A DNA stretch of 51,400 nucleotides from Atractiella rhizophila (GCA_021432655.1 MU271348.1:1-51400); one strand, 5' to 3'; counted from the stretch's first letter, positions 12,101-26,023 are shown. Made by a program: numbers and translations. Notes: generated by a model not told the origin, from the letters alone.

Positions 12101-12881
12101 GTCGAGAGATCGCAGGCTTGATTGGGAGACAACTGAACTCCAATCTCTTCGTTGGAGGAGGATTATATTTCGATCTCACATCTGCGACTGCGAACATCCT
12201 TCTCGATGCTCCATTTGTCAACACGATCGGGAATGAGGAATGGACGGTAGAGACTAAACGAAGAGACGTAGGATCGTACGTCATTTCTGCGTTATTTCCC
12301 CAATTCTAATGAGAGATACTTGGGACGACAGGTGTATTGCAGCGATGAAACAGATGGCCTGGTGCTGGGGGAACATCCACTCCGATATTGTATCTCTCGA
12401 ATCGCGCCTGCAGACGCTCACCTCCCAATCCCTATCAACAGCATCCCTCTCTGCCTCCTCTGGCATCTACGCACCAGGCTCTTACGAACCCATCATCGAT
12501 CCACTCCTCTTCTCCGTCCCCTCACTCCCCGCTCTTCCAAAGATACCTACGCTCCAGACATCCGATTTCGCCTCTTCCGCCTTCGCAGATATGATTGCCG
12601 AGATGTCATCAGGCTTCATGCCGAGCAGTATGAGCGTGGAAGAGATGTTGATGTCCCTAAGCAACCCGCTGGCTTTTGGTGGAGTGGAGGATCCGATGAG
12701 TTTGGGAGTTGGAGGGATGGGCATGGATTTTGGAGGGGCGGAGGGGATGGATGTCTTTGGTTATCCGTCAGCTGTGTCGGGTGCTCCCCCTCCTCTCGAC
12801 CCTCCTAGTAGTACGGGGGATGTAGGATGGGATGCAGGAGACACGGAGCAGAATATGCAACAACCGTTCTTCCTTGGTTGA
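9193..12881 (+). CDS. Zn(II)2Cys6 transcription factor 1
   Basis: NLS PPKKKRR. Spliced cluster C-PP-C-RLRRVR-C-DRGTEEAKPNS-C-SE-C-DRKGIA-C. Middle region AFGSRVSDHP...YGLARE...DELGAMRR...IISLILLEMLLD. Acidic, Met/Gly-rich C-terminus. Exon 2 boundaries are inferred. Confidence 0.85.
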
Positions 12882-13362
12882 TCCCAAGGGAAACACCAGA
12901 TTGTGGCGAGCTGGGAACCATTAATTGATTTCGGATTTCGCATCGTGGATGCACCAGCAAATTGTATCTTGCTTCATTATTCCAGGCAGTCAGTCGATTG
13001 TTAATCCGCTCCGTTTGGTCTGTGTCTGTATTTCGGGAAACGATCAATATAGCATTCCGTTGCACAAATTGTCAAGCTTTTGTCTCAGTGAGGCAGCTAC
13101 TATTAGAAGCGAGAAAGACAGTATTCATTGAGCTAGGTAATCGCAAACAAGCAACACACTTCACAGAGTGATGTGGAGAGTATATAAGGTAAGTTGTGCC
13201 GCATTCAAGAGCACAACAATGTGGTTCGGAATCGTAGCGCAAGCGCAAAAAAAAACACAGGCAATTTGAGGAGAAACAAGGACAAGAAAGTCGAACGAGG
13301 AAATTCAAGCCGAGAATGACAGTGAGGGGGTAGAAGATCATGGATGGCTGAAGGTGGTGGAG

Positions 13363-14448
13363 TTAGAGGGCAAGCATCACCACTCCGACGAGGGCAGCGA
13401 GAGCAAAGGAGACCTTGAGCGAGCTAGCAGCGCCATCTTGGCCCTTACCAGTCTGTTGTGGGGCAAGCGTGCCAGTGGTACCGGTACCAGTCAGACCCCT
13501 GTTAAGAACTCGCTAAGCACTAGTTCCGTTCTTGGATGGAGAAACGTACGCAGGTTTGCTGGTCGAACTAGAGCTGGAAGTTGTCCTAGCCGATCCAGTG
13601 CTCGATGTCTTCGACGCGCTGCTGGTAGTTTGGGCAGTGGCCAGAGTGCCCGCGAGTGTACCCAGGTCGGCAATGATATCGGCAGAGAACTGTCCAGTCG
13701 CTCCGGTGACAGTAAACCTGGAAGAGAAGATGTCTTTCGTCCGGTCGTCTGAGACGACGGCGCGGATGAAATAGAATTCTCCAGAAGGTCCGATATCTTT
13801 GGGGATCGTGACCTTTAGTGACTGTTTGGTGGCGGCAGTTGTTCCAAGGGATTCCAGTTGGGTCTAAAATCCAGCAGAAAGTAAGGACATAATCTCGGAG
13901 GAAACACCCAGGAAACCGTGAAGCGTGAACGATTGTAAACTCAGCTTGAGTACAGGCACCCTTGTCCATTGTGTTCGGAGCAAGCACTCATGTTGGTGTT
14001 TCAATACCGAAGCGGAAGTCCGCACACATCAGATAAGCATGGCTTTTAAAACGACATCAACATGGACCTCCCCGACAAACCTCAGAGCAGGTTCGGTCCT
14101 TGCATCTGAACTGACTCCATTTCCAGCAAGCCAGCAGCAGCTGTAATTATTTCCACAACGCCATGCCTCCTTAGGGCTTTCAACTGAGATTTTACTCGAA
14201 AACAGAGAAAAAGCATTCCTAAACAATAAATCAAAGAGCGGAGGACGAACCTGCTTTGACTGGCTCCCTGTCCAAATCTGGAACTCGACGTCGCCAATAT
14301 CCTTCAGCGCTGGCTTATCGCTGTCGTTCTGCCATTCAATCTCGAAGCTCTTTCCTGCCGCAATTTCGCTTGCTCCAACGGGGTTCGTGATGAAAACGTT
14401 GGCCTTGGCGAGAAGGGGGAGAGCGAGGGCAGCAAAAATGGGCAACAT
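13363..14448 (-). CDS. Kre9/Knh1-family Ser/Thr-rich GPI-anchored cell-surface protein
   Basis: Signal peptide MLPIFAALALPLLAKA; FITNP...GKSFEIEWQND...; spliced KVTIPKDIGPSGEFYFIR...FSSRFTV; Ser/Thr tract; GPI signal GAASSLKVSFALAALVGVVMLAL*. Intron 1 is 387 nt. Confidence 0.9.
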
Positions 14449-14850
14449 GTTGATTTCTATAGTGTTGGCTCGGCTGAAAATGTAAGAGTTGTGGATGAGA
14501 CTGTGTAGATGAATCTGTGATTCTGGCTTGTAAAGAGTGTCTAGAGCAAAGAGCGAAGTGGCGGATGGCCTGAGAGGGGTCGTGCAGTTGGGCTGGGCTG
14601 AATGGATCGTTGGCGCCTTTTGAGAAGCGGATGAAGGGAGATCAGAAGGTCTTGGCACGCGGTAACAAGCGTTTCCGTTTTTCCCGAAAACCTTGTGAAT
14701 TCCTTGGTCACGTGGATATGTTTAATGGAGTGTGTGAACTAGAAACGATGATATTTTATGTATTGTATGAAAGCCTAGCAGAATATTAAATGCTTGCGGG
14801 AGAAAAGGCAGAAACAGAATAAAGAGAGCAATCGTCCGGAGGAGGAAAGA

Positions 14851-17800
14851 TTATTGATTCCTACTGATCACAATAACAGGCGATAACCAGGTGTCGTAAT
14901 CAGCCTACACAAGCATGTCAGCATCCCTATCGGATCGGCAAGCGATGGGGTAAGAAGACGAACCATGAGTTTGGGATTGCCAGTTATTTTCAACGCCCTG
15001 TATTGTAATTCCAATGAGAGGTGAATTTTCAAAAGATAGGGAACTGGACGAACCGAACCAGGATCCTGTAACGACCGTTAGGTGCTATGATTGACTTTCC
15101 AGCAACAGTCACTCGTCCATTCCACACATACGACTCCGGCTCGTCCACGCTTCTGGAGAAATATACGTTCGACATTTCTGGGATGTTGCCGATGACCTTT
15201 ATCTGGTCGTACGACAGGCGGGATGGAAGGGCACGGTTGCTGAATGGAACGGTAGGCGTGTAGTCGATGTTTTCAGCAACCAAGTCGATCGACACTCTAG
15301 GTGACCCCACTATATTGATATGAATTAGACATTTTATGTGCAAGTGAGTTAAGAGAAGGGACGAACTGGCGTAGAAGATTCCAAGTAATGGGTAATCTTC
15401 TCCGGTAAAGGTGTAGGATCTGGGACCTTCTTGAATCTCCCCACCCTTGATATATGGCGTCTTCAACGTATTCTTGGTGTAAATATACGGTGCTCTCGTC
15501 CCGCCAGTCGGAAAGATGCCAGGCTTATAGAACAATGTCTGGTAGTCGATAATCTTCGCATTTCTCAACTTATTCGCGACTCCGAAATATGGTACCCTAA
15601 GCGTCTCCGAACCAGCCTTGAAGAGGATCTCTCCAGAGTAAAGCGGAAAGCGAGAATCCTCGGGAGGATGCTGGAACCGGAGTTTAACACTGACGGTCTT
15701 CCCTGGCTTGACAGTAACCTTTTTGGCTGAGAAAACGCGAGCTCGCAAGGCTGGAGTGGTCGCGTATTCGACGGTCATGTCAGGGACGATAATTCCCTTC
15801 TCGAAGGTAAGAAGAGCCGGAGAGGGAGAGTGCGTCAACGTGTATGTCTTTGTCTTCTTCCCAGTATTGGTGAGCTTGATCGTTCGAACCGACTTGAAAT
15901 ATTTGGTGTCGTTGAGAGAGAGATAGTCAGGAGAGACCAGCGTCGTCCCCTTGTGGACAGCGGTGTAGACATCGATCATCCCCGACCCTGCTTGGAGGAT
16001 AGAAGCTGGCCAAGCTTTCTTCATGTAAGACAGAGGTTGCCTCTGAGCGGTGGAGGAGAATATCGATCGGATTTGGAGAGGCGTGAGCTTTTCCCTCCTC
16101 CGCTGAGAGAGGAAGAGAGCGGCAGCCCCACTGATCGCAGGGGTTGCCTGTGCCAGGTTTCGTCAGCGCAGAAACGAAGAGAGAGATCAGTAAGACGCAC
16201 CATACTGGTCCCTGAAATGATAGCATAACCTCCAAGTCGTCGCGGGAAGGTGCTAAGGATGTTTCCACCAGGAGCGGCGAAGGAAGGTTGTTGGTACTGA
16301 ACACACCGGGACCAATTAGCGTCACTGAAAGATGTTGTGAAGGGGTTCCACTCACCATATCATTCGTAGGTCCCAAATTTGTGAAATCAGAGGGATATCC
16401 GCCATCCGATCCCGCTTTCACCGTCTTCCAGGATTTAGAGTAGAAATGAAGAGTGGAAGTCTTATCCTCCCCCCATCGCCGTCGCAGATACTCTCCATCT
16501 TCCTTGCTGATGAGGGAAGCTTTCTGCATCTTGAAGTGTTCCGCGTATTGATCAAGGTAGAGAGGATTGTCACCGTCATTCTGAACTGGTGCGCCACGTC
16601 AGTGGTCCGTTCATTTACGTATCTCAAAAGGATGACATACTTAAGAGAAATTGAGCACCGGCTTTCTGAGCGTTCTGGAACTTCAAGGCCAAACTACATC
16701 CGCCCCTCGCAAGCAGGACGACTCGCTGGGAGAGGTCTTCTGAAGTGCCCCAGCCGTAACAGCCGTCGTCAGGTTCTGTGACGTTGGTCAAGGCGAAAAT
16801 GGTGAGTGTCCTCTTCCACGGAAGTACGCCGTAATACTCTACTTCTCGCCCAGTTTCCTCGACGTATGATGGGATTTGGTAGAGTTTGGTGGTATCGATG
16901 GAGGCAATAGACCTGCCAATCCGATATCAGCACTGCTTCCCAGACATGTAACGAGGAGGAAGCCAACCATGCTTGGCGGGCCGTAGCAGGCGATCCAGCA
17001 AAGAAGGAACCTTCTGAACCTGTAACGTTGGATGTTAAAACTTACCCGGTATCGCAGAAAGGAAGGAGGCTTACCGTCGTTTCCAGCTGCAACTACAACG
17101 ATACGCCCCAATTTAGAGATTCTGTCCGCAACCAAGCTGTCTGCGGATTCCGTCCTGGTGCATTGTTAAGAGCAAACTTATGAATGAAGGAAAAAGTGGT
17201 ACCATCCACTCGCTCCTCCAAGAGATAAGCTAAGAATGTCTGCACCATCTCGGAAAGCTCGTATCTGAACCCAGTTGACAAAATTAGCGCGTCTGCCTAA
17301 GAAAGAAATCCTCTGAGAGGAAAACCGACCATAGCTTCGATGATGAGGTTCGTGCTAGTTGTGGGACCCTTGCAGCCGAAAATCCGGTACATTCCTACCA
17401 CGTCAAATAATATCAATATAACTGTGGATCAGCGATCAACAACAAGGACAAACCGAGTTCAGCAAAGGGAGCAACGCCGGTGAATCCATAGAAGTTAGGA
17501 TTAGCGCCAATGATGCCTGAGACATGAGTTCCTTTGGTTGGAAGCAGATGATTAGTTCAGGAAGCGAAATGTTGAAAAAGCGCACCATGATCCCCGCAAG
17601 GATCCTTCGCCATTTGAGCCTAGCTGGCAGTAGATGGATGGAGAAACATACGTAAGGATACTTGTCTGGTTTAGGCGGAAGTCCCCCGCCATAATCGTTC
17701 CCGACCTAAACGAAGGTATTGATGAGAGTGAGAGTTAACTGTAAATTGACATACCAGATCATAGCCAAAGGAAATCTTGCAACCTTTTCCAAAGCATCCA

Positions 17801-18554
17801 CCCAGAGCGGGATGTTTATAGTCCACACCTAGTCAACATTGTTGAGCCTAGGTCAAGAAGGGAGAACGAGAAACGGACCAGTGTCTATCACAGCTACCTT
17901 GACTCCTTTCCCGAGAATTCCTTCCTTGTGCAAAAGCGAAGCCTTCGTTTGGATATGAGGAGCGAAGTTGTCATACTTGAATTTAGACGGAGGAATAGAA
18001 GGGTACTTGACTACAGTACTTCGTTCGACATAGGTTGCATTGGCAATGAAATCAGGAGACATCTCTACAAGTTGAAGTCGTTCGACGAGGTGAACATGAG
18101 GGGTCGAAGAATCATAGCTGGGGGAAGGGTGAGATCCAGAGGAGAGGAAGTGATTGCGATTAGGCCAAGCGTTTTCAACTATCCCCTGCCATTATCAGCT
18201 TGGGAGAGAGACAGATAGAAAGAACAAACCTCCATCCATGGACAGCACATCTTCCAACTCGACATCTTTGTCAAAAACTACTGCAGCGCCGTGGAAGAGT
18301 TCTGTATCGTCGAACTCACTCTCGATTCGAAACGCGTGTCCAAGGAGCTCAAGATGACTATAAAATCGTTTGTGTGGGGTGGCAGAGGAGTTAGAGTTTG
18401 GCAAGGTGGAAAACTGAGAAGAGAACTTTTGCGCGTTCGTTTCAGGAGAAAGTTCGACAATGTAAGCGTTGGGAATGACGGAGGATCCCGTGCCTGAAGA
18501 AACGGAAGGGTAAGGGAGAGTAAAGAGCGTAAGGAGGGTGAGCGCTCCAAGCAT
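14851..18554 (-). CDS. Secreted S8A subtilisin-like serine protease with probable PA insert and C-terminal Fn3/DUF1034-type region
   Basis: Signal peptide and prodomain VIPNAYIVEL. Catalytic motifs VAVIDTG, HGTHVSGIIGA, VVVAAGNDG and ISGTSMATP (split by an intron), then ASILQAGSGMIDV and LSLNDT. Many short introns; ends ADYDTWLSPVIVISRNQ*. Confidence 0.95.
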
Positions 18555-19283
18555 GTCAGAAAGACTGTGTCCAAGTTGGCGATGCGAAAGAACCTGCGGA
18601 GGCAATGAGAGGAAAGTAACGATATCTAGACTGAAGGAATTAGGCTTTTATGAAACCGTGATAGACGCTCGAATGTACGCTGGGATATTTCGTTTCCGTT
18701 TCTCGTTTTCAAGATGGAGTTTGACCGTTGGAATATATCACCCACGAGCTCCCATTCTAAGCAGGTCACGTTCAGGCTGTCCATTGGACCACTTAGAGCA
18801 GCCTAATGACTGGAATATTGGGGTGTGGGGAGACAGCATGACTGTCAAATGTGGCTGGAATGACTTGAAAGCAAAATCCCAGAGAAGTCTTTTCGCCTCC
18901 TTTGCTTCCAATCCAAATGATTGGTGCAAAATTACGTTGGAGGGAATGTGACTGGTGAGCTCCAATGTATTGTGTGCGATCATACCTGCAGCGAGGTCAG
19001 AATGAAGATCACTAGTTAGAAAACGCAAGCCAAGACGTGAAAGAGAATGAGGCGAGGGTATGGGCGGTATCCTAGTTTGTGGGCACGCTAACCCTCCTTC
19101 GTATTGAAAAGTCTATTTTCCTTCGAAAATCGATTAGGACAGCTTGTTTTGCATTTGTACACATTCAGTTGGACGTAACAGTAGTACACTGCAAACATGA
19201 TGGCCATCAGCAAGAGAACCTCAGATGCAAAGACATAGCATCCTCACCATGACTAACGACGTATCTAGAGCCCCACTCTCCCG

Positions 19284-21643
19284 TCACCGCCTCCCAGATT
19301 TTAACCAGTCAAGATCCTGTGAAACATCTTTGAAAGCATATCCTAGACAATATAGTGTCCCGAAAACGATGTCTCGATAGTTCGAACTCAATTGATTCAG
19401 TTCCTCGGGTAGGTTGGGATGTTGCTTGAGGATGCTGTAGAGATGAGAAAGGAGCGCCACACGAGCTAGATGGGATGAGGTCGTATCCTATTTCTCGATG
19501 TTAAGGATCAGATTTGAACGGGCTAGAAGAACTTACGATCTGAAATTCAAACATCCTACCAACAACCACTTTAACCAGCTGTCTAGATTTAGCCTCTAAC
19601 ACTTGCAAAGCCTCCATTTCACCAGGCAGAAACTGAAAGCCCGATTGCTCCTTCTGTTTTACAACCGCCAAAACCTCAAACATCAACCGTCCAACTTCGC
19701 ATTCCATGTACGCGAAACTGCTGGTGAATGTAGGAGCCAGACGTGAGGCAATGATGCGGTAGAGGGCCGAGAGATCTGCGAGGAGCATATTGAGGTAACT
19801 GAGTACTTGATTCAAGAGATGGACGAGAGGGGGACGTCGAAGTCGCCTCATAGCTGTCACGACCGCACATTATCACTGGGAGGGGAATATGCATGAAAGG
19901 AAACAAACGGAGCAAGAAGTCCTGTATTATCAGCCGTTGAAAAATCGTGAGTCGAATCAACTGTTCCATCCCAGTCTGTATCGTCTGACCGTGGGAAGAT
20001 GCGGAAAACTCACAGTAATGCTATAAAGCTCCTTGCTTTCTTTCCTCATCAAATCCTCCTCCTTCAGCCTCATTTCCAGGTTTGTGCAGTTCGCTATCCC
20101 ATAGGGAGAATCCCGGAAAATAATTTCAATCTGCTCGTCCGTTCTACCTCACTTTATGTCAGACATCTTTCCCGTCACAGTAGGCAAAAGGCGGCTCACA
20201 TTGCCGGCGGCGTTCTCACTTGCATCGCTGAAGCTGCATCCCTCTTGAATAAAAGTGGAGCGATTGTTTCTAAGAGGAACGTCCGAACTCGCGTTGAGGT
20301 TGTAGGGTCGAGCTAAGATTTAAGCATTCAGCCATATTGTGGTCTGAGAAGGTTTTCTACACACGAGAAGGCCGCGAAAATGTTCCACTGCGGCAACCAC
20401 CAAGCTTCGGATCTGATACCGATCACCTTCAGTCTTCTCTATCGCGGTGTCCAATCTATTATAGGTTGATCAGCATGTATCTGGATGGAAGCAAGGCACA
20501 AAGCGAGAGTCAAACCACTCACACGCGCTCGAGAAGCAAGAGGGATATAACACTTTCCACTGTTTGCAAGCGCATTATCCCCCCTCGATCACAAGAGTTA
20601 AGCGCTTGCGCGAGAAGTGTGTGGCAAGAAGAAGCTCGGAGCGCTCCAAAAGGGAGGGAAGATGGTGACCCCCAGACTTCACTAAGGGAGGACAAGGGCG
20701 AGCTGCGTATGACCGCCTTTCCGCAGGTTAAACGATGAAAGAGCAGAGAATGAAGACTGACAGGATGATCGGAAAACCAGGCTCCGACAACAAGCAAGGT
20801 TGAGAATATCACCTTCGAGGTATATGTGAGAAAGACGCTGACGGAATAAAGCAGGAACGAACCTCTTCAGGTGGGCATTTTCCAACGGTATCTTCATCGA
20901 CAACAGTATCGTCGTAGTTAGACCAAAAGTGAGTGATGGGCATATGAAACTGTAGGTTACTGCCAATTAGTAACGTTCTTAAGCATGAAGAAACGGAGAG
21001 AGCGGACCTTGAGCACTTCAGTTTGCACCGACTACATTCAGAGATCAATATCAGTCATATTCCAGATGCTTAGAAATGCTTACCAGTAAATGCCGCTTGA
21101 GTTCCGTCCTGTCGACTGTCAAGCCGAGACTTTGTTCTGCACGGGCATAAACTGTGACCTTGCTCGATGAAAGGTTCCAGTGTGCCTCCTGGATTCTTTC
21201 AAATTCTTTTCCAAAAAGTATTCTTTACCAAAGCGTCAGTTGAATGTACGGAGGTAATATAATCGACACATCGAATGTAATAGAAGATCAGGTGAGATAC
21301 ACACATGAATGAAATGAAAGTAGAAAGAGCGAAAGAGCACCTACTTGGCATTTTCAATGTTCTTCCCTGATCTATTTCTTTTCTTCTTCACCCCAGGATC
21401 GATGATTGGGACAGGCACGCATTCGATGCCCTTCTTCGAGCAATGAGCACACGGCTGTCGCCGATTGGTTGAATCCCGAGACGAGTTGTTAGGTGGTGAA
21501 TCGGAAGAAGAAGAGCTGGGGCTTGATGCTGAGACGGAGGGTAGAGGCGTGGTCGCTGGGCGACACTTGACGTGCGCTTTGTTGCACGCCACACAGGAGG
21601 AGTTAGGAGGTCGTCGCTTTAGCCTTTGAGCGTTTGTGGCCAT
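19284..21643 (-). CDS. Zn(II)2Cys6 transcription factor 2
   Basis: SSCVACNKAHVKC...CAHCSKKGIEC...RSGKNIENAK. Middle region GAWFSDHP...FGALRASSC...DRGGIMR...ESVISLLLLE. TATAAAAA about 65 nt upstream. Confidence 0.85.
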
Positions 21644-23065
21644 GGATCTAGACGCTGAGATCGTAGATAGAGGGCGGCGGCGTGTGGTAGAAGGTCATGT
21701 AGCTGGGGTTTTTATATCTGAAGTGGTCGTTTGATAGTGATGACTCTGGGTTGGTTCAAAACTCACATTATCGTCCTCTTGTCTCATCTCATCCATGATT
21801 GGAACCTATGTGGGAAACGACACAATAATTGTATGTAAGATCTAGAAATTGAGAAGTCTTTTGGGTTGGCTCAAAACAAGACGGACAATCCTATTCATGG
21901 CGTAATAAACAGAGTAAGAGAGGCAAAGTGTGCTTGACATGTGACCTACATTTCGTCGTCGTCAATCATCCAAGGTAAGAAAATACAGTCAGCGCATAAG
22001 AAGCCTCACAGACACATTTCCACACGAGTTCCAGAAACTGAGTGTCTTAACTACTTACAGCATTATCACAGAGAAAAACGAAAAGCCACGTTGCTAACTA
22101 AATGTATAAAACATCTAAGTCCTTTCAACATCCTGGTCAGGTAAACAAAGTGGTCATCCGAATCGTTTCTGACGGTCTTCCAGCGCCGCGTCGTATGATC
22201 TCTTCTGTTACCCCCGTGTTTCCACTTCGCCATCATGCTCATCCTGGTGACGCTGAAAGCAGTGCCTCTTCGCTGAGGTTGCCGCCACTTGTAGATGATA
22301 TGAGGCTGTAGCCAGCCGAGCAAACATAACTGGCCCTCCACCAGCACGCGCTGTTGATGAGGACTGTCGGAGCCCTACGACCACGAGTCGCCTGTTAAGA
22401 CCGCATTAATGTATTAATAGGAGCCGTAAGTGGTCAACGCGGTGACGGGTGGGAAGACTGTAAGAGGGGTAAGAGAAGTCAGAAGAAGAAGCATGAAGAT
22501 AGCCGGATTCGTTGGGCTTTGGTGCTCTTGCCAGAGTTTCTGTGGGGCTAAGGAAGGTTGAGCATAGCAACATGTCTTGACGGTCTAAGAATTGCCGTGC
22601 TTTCCTGCTTGATAATCGTCAGATGAGTAGAGATGCCGCTTGCAAATGGAGGTGGAAAGAATCCTGTTGTTCCAGCGAAGACCGAGGATCAAGTCCTCTT
22701 GCATGATTGCAGACGGTAACGATCGCTTCTTCCGCTTCGAGTCGAGAAGTTCGGAGGTCGAACGTTGAACAGTGTTCCTGGCATGCCTTTTGTCGCTTTT
22801 GGCCGGCTCTAGATGTCAGAAGTTAGGCTCGAAGAAGTTGGAGTGTGTAGACATCGCGAGAAGCATTCATGTTAATGTCTTCGTGGTCGTTCTAATAACT
22901 CCAATGATTTTGAGCTGCAGAGCCTTATGATCATATCAGTGGTAGGGCTTATCACGGATCTCAGAGGTCTCAGCTTTGCCAATGACATCTGGAAGATTGA
23001 TTGGACCGATTGGACCACAACAACAATGAGAGAAGAAAAATTTGTATTGACACCGAAAAAATGTA

Positions 23066-23136
23066 CTCTCCCTAGTGGAGTCGAACCACTGTCGCCGACA
23101 AGACAAGTAGGCATCTTACCGTTGGAACAAAGGAGA
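23066..23136 (-). tRNA. tRNA-Asp(GTC), non-canonical or possibly pseudogene
   Basis: TCTCCTT-TG-TTCC-AACGGTA-AGAT-G-CCTAC-TTGTCTT-GTCGG-CGAC-AGTGG-TTCGACT-CCACT-AGGGAGA-G. It has a 7-bp acceptor stem, a perfect T arm/B box, anticodon GTC at 23104-23102, discriminator G, and a T6 terminator 4 nt downstream. Confidence 0.85.
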
Positions 23137-23498
23137 TTTGATAAAAATTGCTTTCGATTAAAAGTATGTATTACGTTTGTTCACCATTTGATTTCTCGAT
23201 TCCTTAAGTTCTTTACCTGCAGTACCGAAGGTCCCAAAGGCGAGTACAGCCGAGTATGCCAGAGTCCCAGCGCCGTGCTCTAGGACGTGGAGCTTGGATT
23301 AAAGACATACACAAACGTACACTGTAAAATAAGGTTCCAAGGATCCGACAGATTAGCTTAGGTTTCAGACGCCAGACTCCGCCACAGAATCCCAAAGATC
23401 GACCACGATCTCGAGCTTCCGCTGTGGAGGACTTCGCTGCTTCTCCAAACCAGCCCCTTCTCAAGCACTCTTCAAGTCTCTTTCCGACAAGAAACAAG

Positions 23499-25228
23499 AT
23501 GTCTGCCACTCAGCGTTCACATAGAAGGTCGAAGGCTGTCTTGGAAGGCGTGTTGCAGCCGAAGGGAGATCTCATTCTGAGGCTGGAAGAGGATGAGGGA
23601 AGGAAGGGAGTTGGGAGGGAGTTGAGGGGAGCGGGAGTGGTGGAGAAGGAGGTATGCACGCTCTCTTCCGCTTTCGTCATCTTCAGTCGTTAATCGTTAA
23701 CGACAATGTAGAACTTTCCTATTATCTCTGTTCAATCTCCCGACTCCAAGCTCAAGAAGCGACAGAGTGTCTCTGAAGTGCGGGCGAGGTCGGAGGGCAA
23801 GTTGGAAGGCAAACGACATGTTCGCCACAGACACCGTTCGTCTTCTCCATCTCTTTTACAAATTGTCGGGATCGAGGTTCATTTGTATTCTTCTCCCACA
23901 GAGTCGATCAGCGTGGCCTGTCTCGTGGAGAACAATCGCGCCGAAACCACTCAGGTGGACGGGAAAGAGCAGGTCGACGCGGCGTCCTTTTTTGGAGCGA
24001 GAAAACAAAGAAACGACCCGTCCTTCTCTGAAGGGAGAGAACAAGTTATTCCCTGCCTCAAACCCAATCCCAGGCGTTCTTCCCGCCGTTCCATCGACGC
24101 GGAGGCTAGGACTCATTGTCCCATCGTCTCTAACAAAGTGGAGGGACCACTCGACCTCCTCTCCATGTTGCGGAAGCCTAGTTCGTCTCCTGCTCCTTTC
24201 CCTATTCCTAAAAGTGCAGTGATTAATCTTCGGGTTGGATAGACATCTACAACCTTCGACTCCTCACAGATTTCATCAAGGACCCAACTTTGAGCTGGGA
24301 GGAAGAGAGCACAACCGCCAATGCAGCAAACTCTACAGTGCAAACTGGACCTGAATGCGAATGCGAAATAGGCATCGTGCCCATGGTGTTCATCCATCCT
24401 CCCTCCGGAGAGGGGGAGGTTGAAGAGTTCCCAGTGGGAGTGGAGGTGTACCACAGGGAAGAGGCGGAAGCGGAGGCGAAAAGGCAGGAGGCGGAGAGGG
24501 AGGAGCAGAGGAGGAGGGAAGAAGCGGAAGACGATGAGCCGATCGATCCTTTCTTCTTACCTGCTGGTCAGTCCTTTTCCTCCATCCCTCCATATCTACT
24601 TTAAACCTCTGATGGCTCTTTCTTCAGTCGTTCAAGGGGATGACGTGAAAGATTTGCCTTCTTTCAGAAGCAGGAAGTCGTGCTGTCTCGAGACTCTCTC
24701 GTCCAATGACGCGGAAGAAGACAGGGGAAGAAAACGAGGGTCTCTCGTCGGCTCCTTCAAACTTGTTCAACCAGAAAAGGGACCATCCAACAAGAGTCAC
24801 AAATCGAAGACTCGATCGACGAAGGACAAAACACTTCTGATCGCGCCGTCGAAGGACTCAAGAGGACGTCTCGCCAAACGTTCGTCTTACTTTCTTCCTC
24901 ATTCTATGTTTCTCATCCTTTCGCTTCATGTCATGTTACAGCCAAACCGTCCCCCTCGAAGTGCGCCAAACCTTCGTCTACCTCTACTTCTTCCTCTACA
25001 TCTTCAACGCATGTCGCATACGCTCGCACTCCACCCTCCACTCTCGCTAGCCTCGAATGCAAAGTTCACGCGGCCACAAAGAACTTTCGCAGACCGACCT
25101 CCAAGGTTGCGCTCGCGAATGGAGTGAAGATTGGACTCCCTAGAGCATTGGACCACACGGTGACGACATATGTGAGGCAAAGGAAGCTGGACGTGCTTGT
25201 TGAGGAGGAGGAGGAAGAGGAAGCTTGA
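23499..25228 (+). CDS. Hypothetical, largely disordered charged protein (5 exons)
   Basis: Four canonical short introns join ORF pieces in frame from MSATQRSHRR to ...LDVLVEEEEEEEA*. No domain recognised. Confidence 0.65.
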
Positions 25229-26023
25229 TTCCGCTCTGGCATGTCCACCAACTGAATCGAGCCCTTAGTTGGTACTCGACTGGGATGTAGAAGAGTCCCT
25301 TTTGAGATTGGATCTCGAGCTTGAAGTCTTCCTTTCTGTCTTTTCTTGGGATTAAGATGGACGATCATCCTATTTCTTTCTTGTTTATATTTTTGACAGG
25401 TCATCGACAAGGGGTTAGCCTTAACGCTTTTAATACTTTCTCCTTGTGTTAATTTCTTTTCAGATCGATCTTTTCTCCTTGAGTTACATCCCTCCTTCAT
25501 GGACTTCATGGACACAAAAAAAGCTTATTCACTCATTAATGTTTCTCCTCTTGTTTTTCTTGCTTCGCTTCAACTTCAACTTGACACACATCGGAAACTA
25601 TACTCATTCATTAATATTTCCAGTGCTTGTCCGTTCCTTTTCTTCCTCTCCCCTTTGTCACATCCACATCAACATATCATTATATCACCTTCCAAAGGGA
25701 CACTCTTGTATTCCAGAGGTTCATAGTTACCGCGTGTAGCCTTAGGCAATAGTCAAGCGTGTATGGAAATTACCATGTTGTACTCATCATGAATCCTCAA
25801 GATCGTTGAAACCTTGAGCTTTACAGAATTGCATGGAACGCATACATTGCATAGGCACGGAACATACTAAGAAAACTACATCGTCAAGGGTCGTTCATCC
25901 AAAAGTTTCCATTTAATGCGGAAACAGTCGGATGATATACGGTCACGAAAGGAGCGAGGCCAAATATTCAAGAGAGCCCATTCGTAACGCTGAAGAGGGA
26001 ATCTTCCTTGTCTGACGCATCCT

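Noticed and set aside
22066..22870. Short ORFs and a possible splice acceptor downstream of the tRNA (SINE body or small gene)
   Set aside because: A T6 terminator follows the tRNA immediately, and no consistent gene model could be built.
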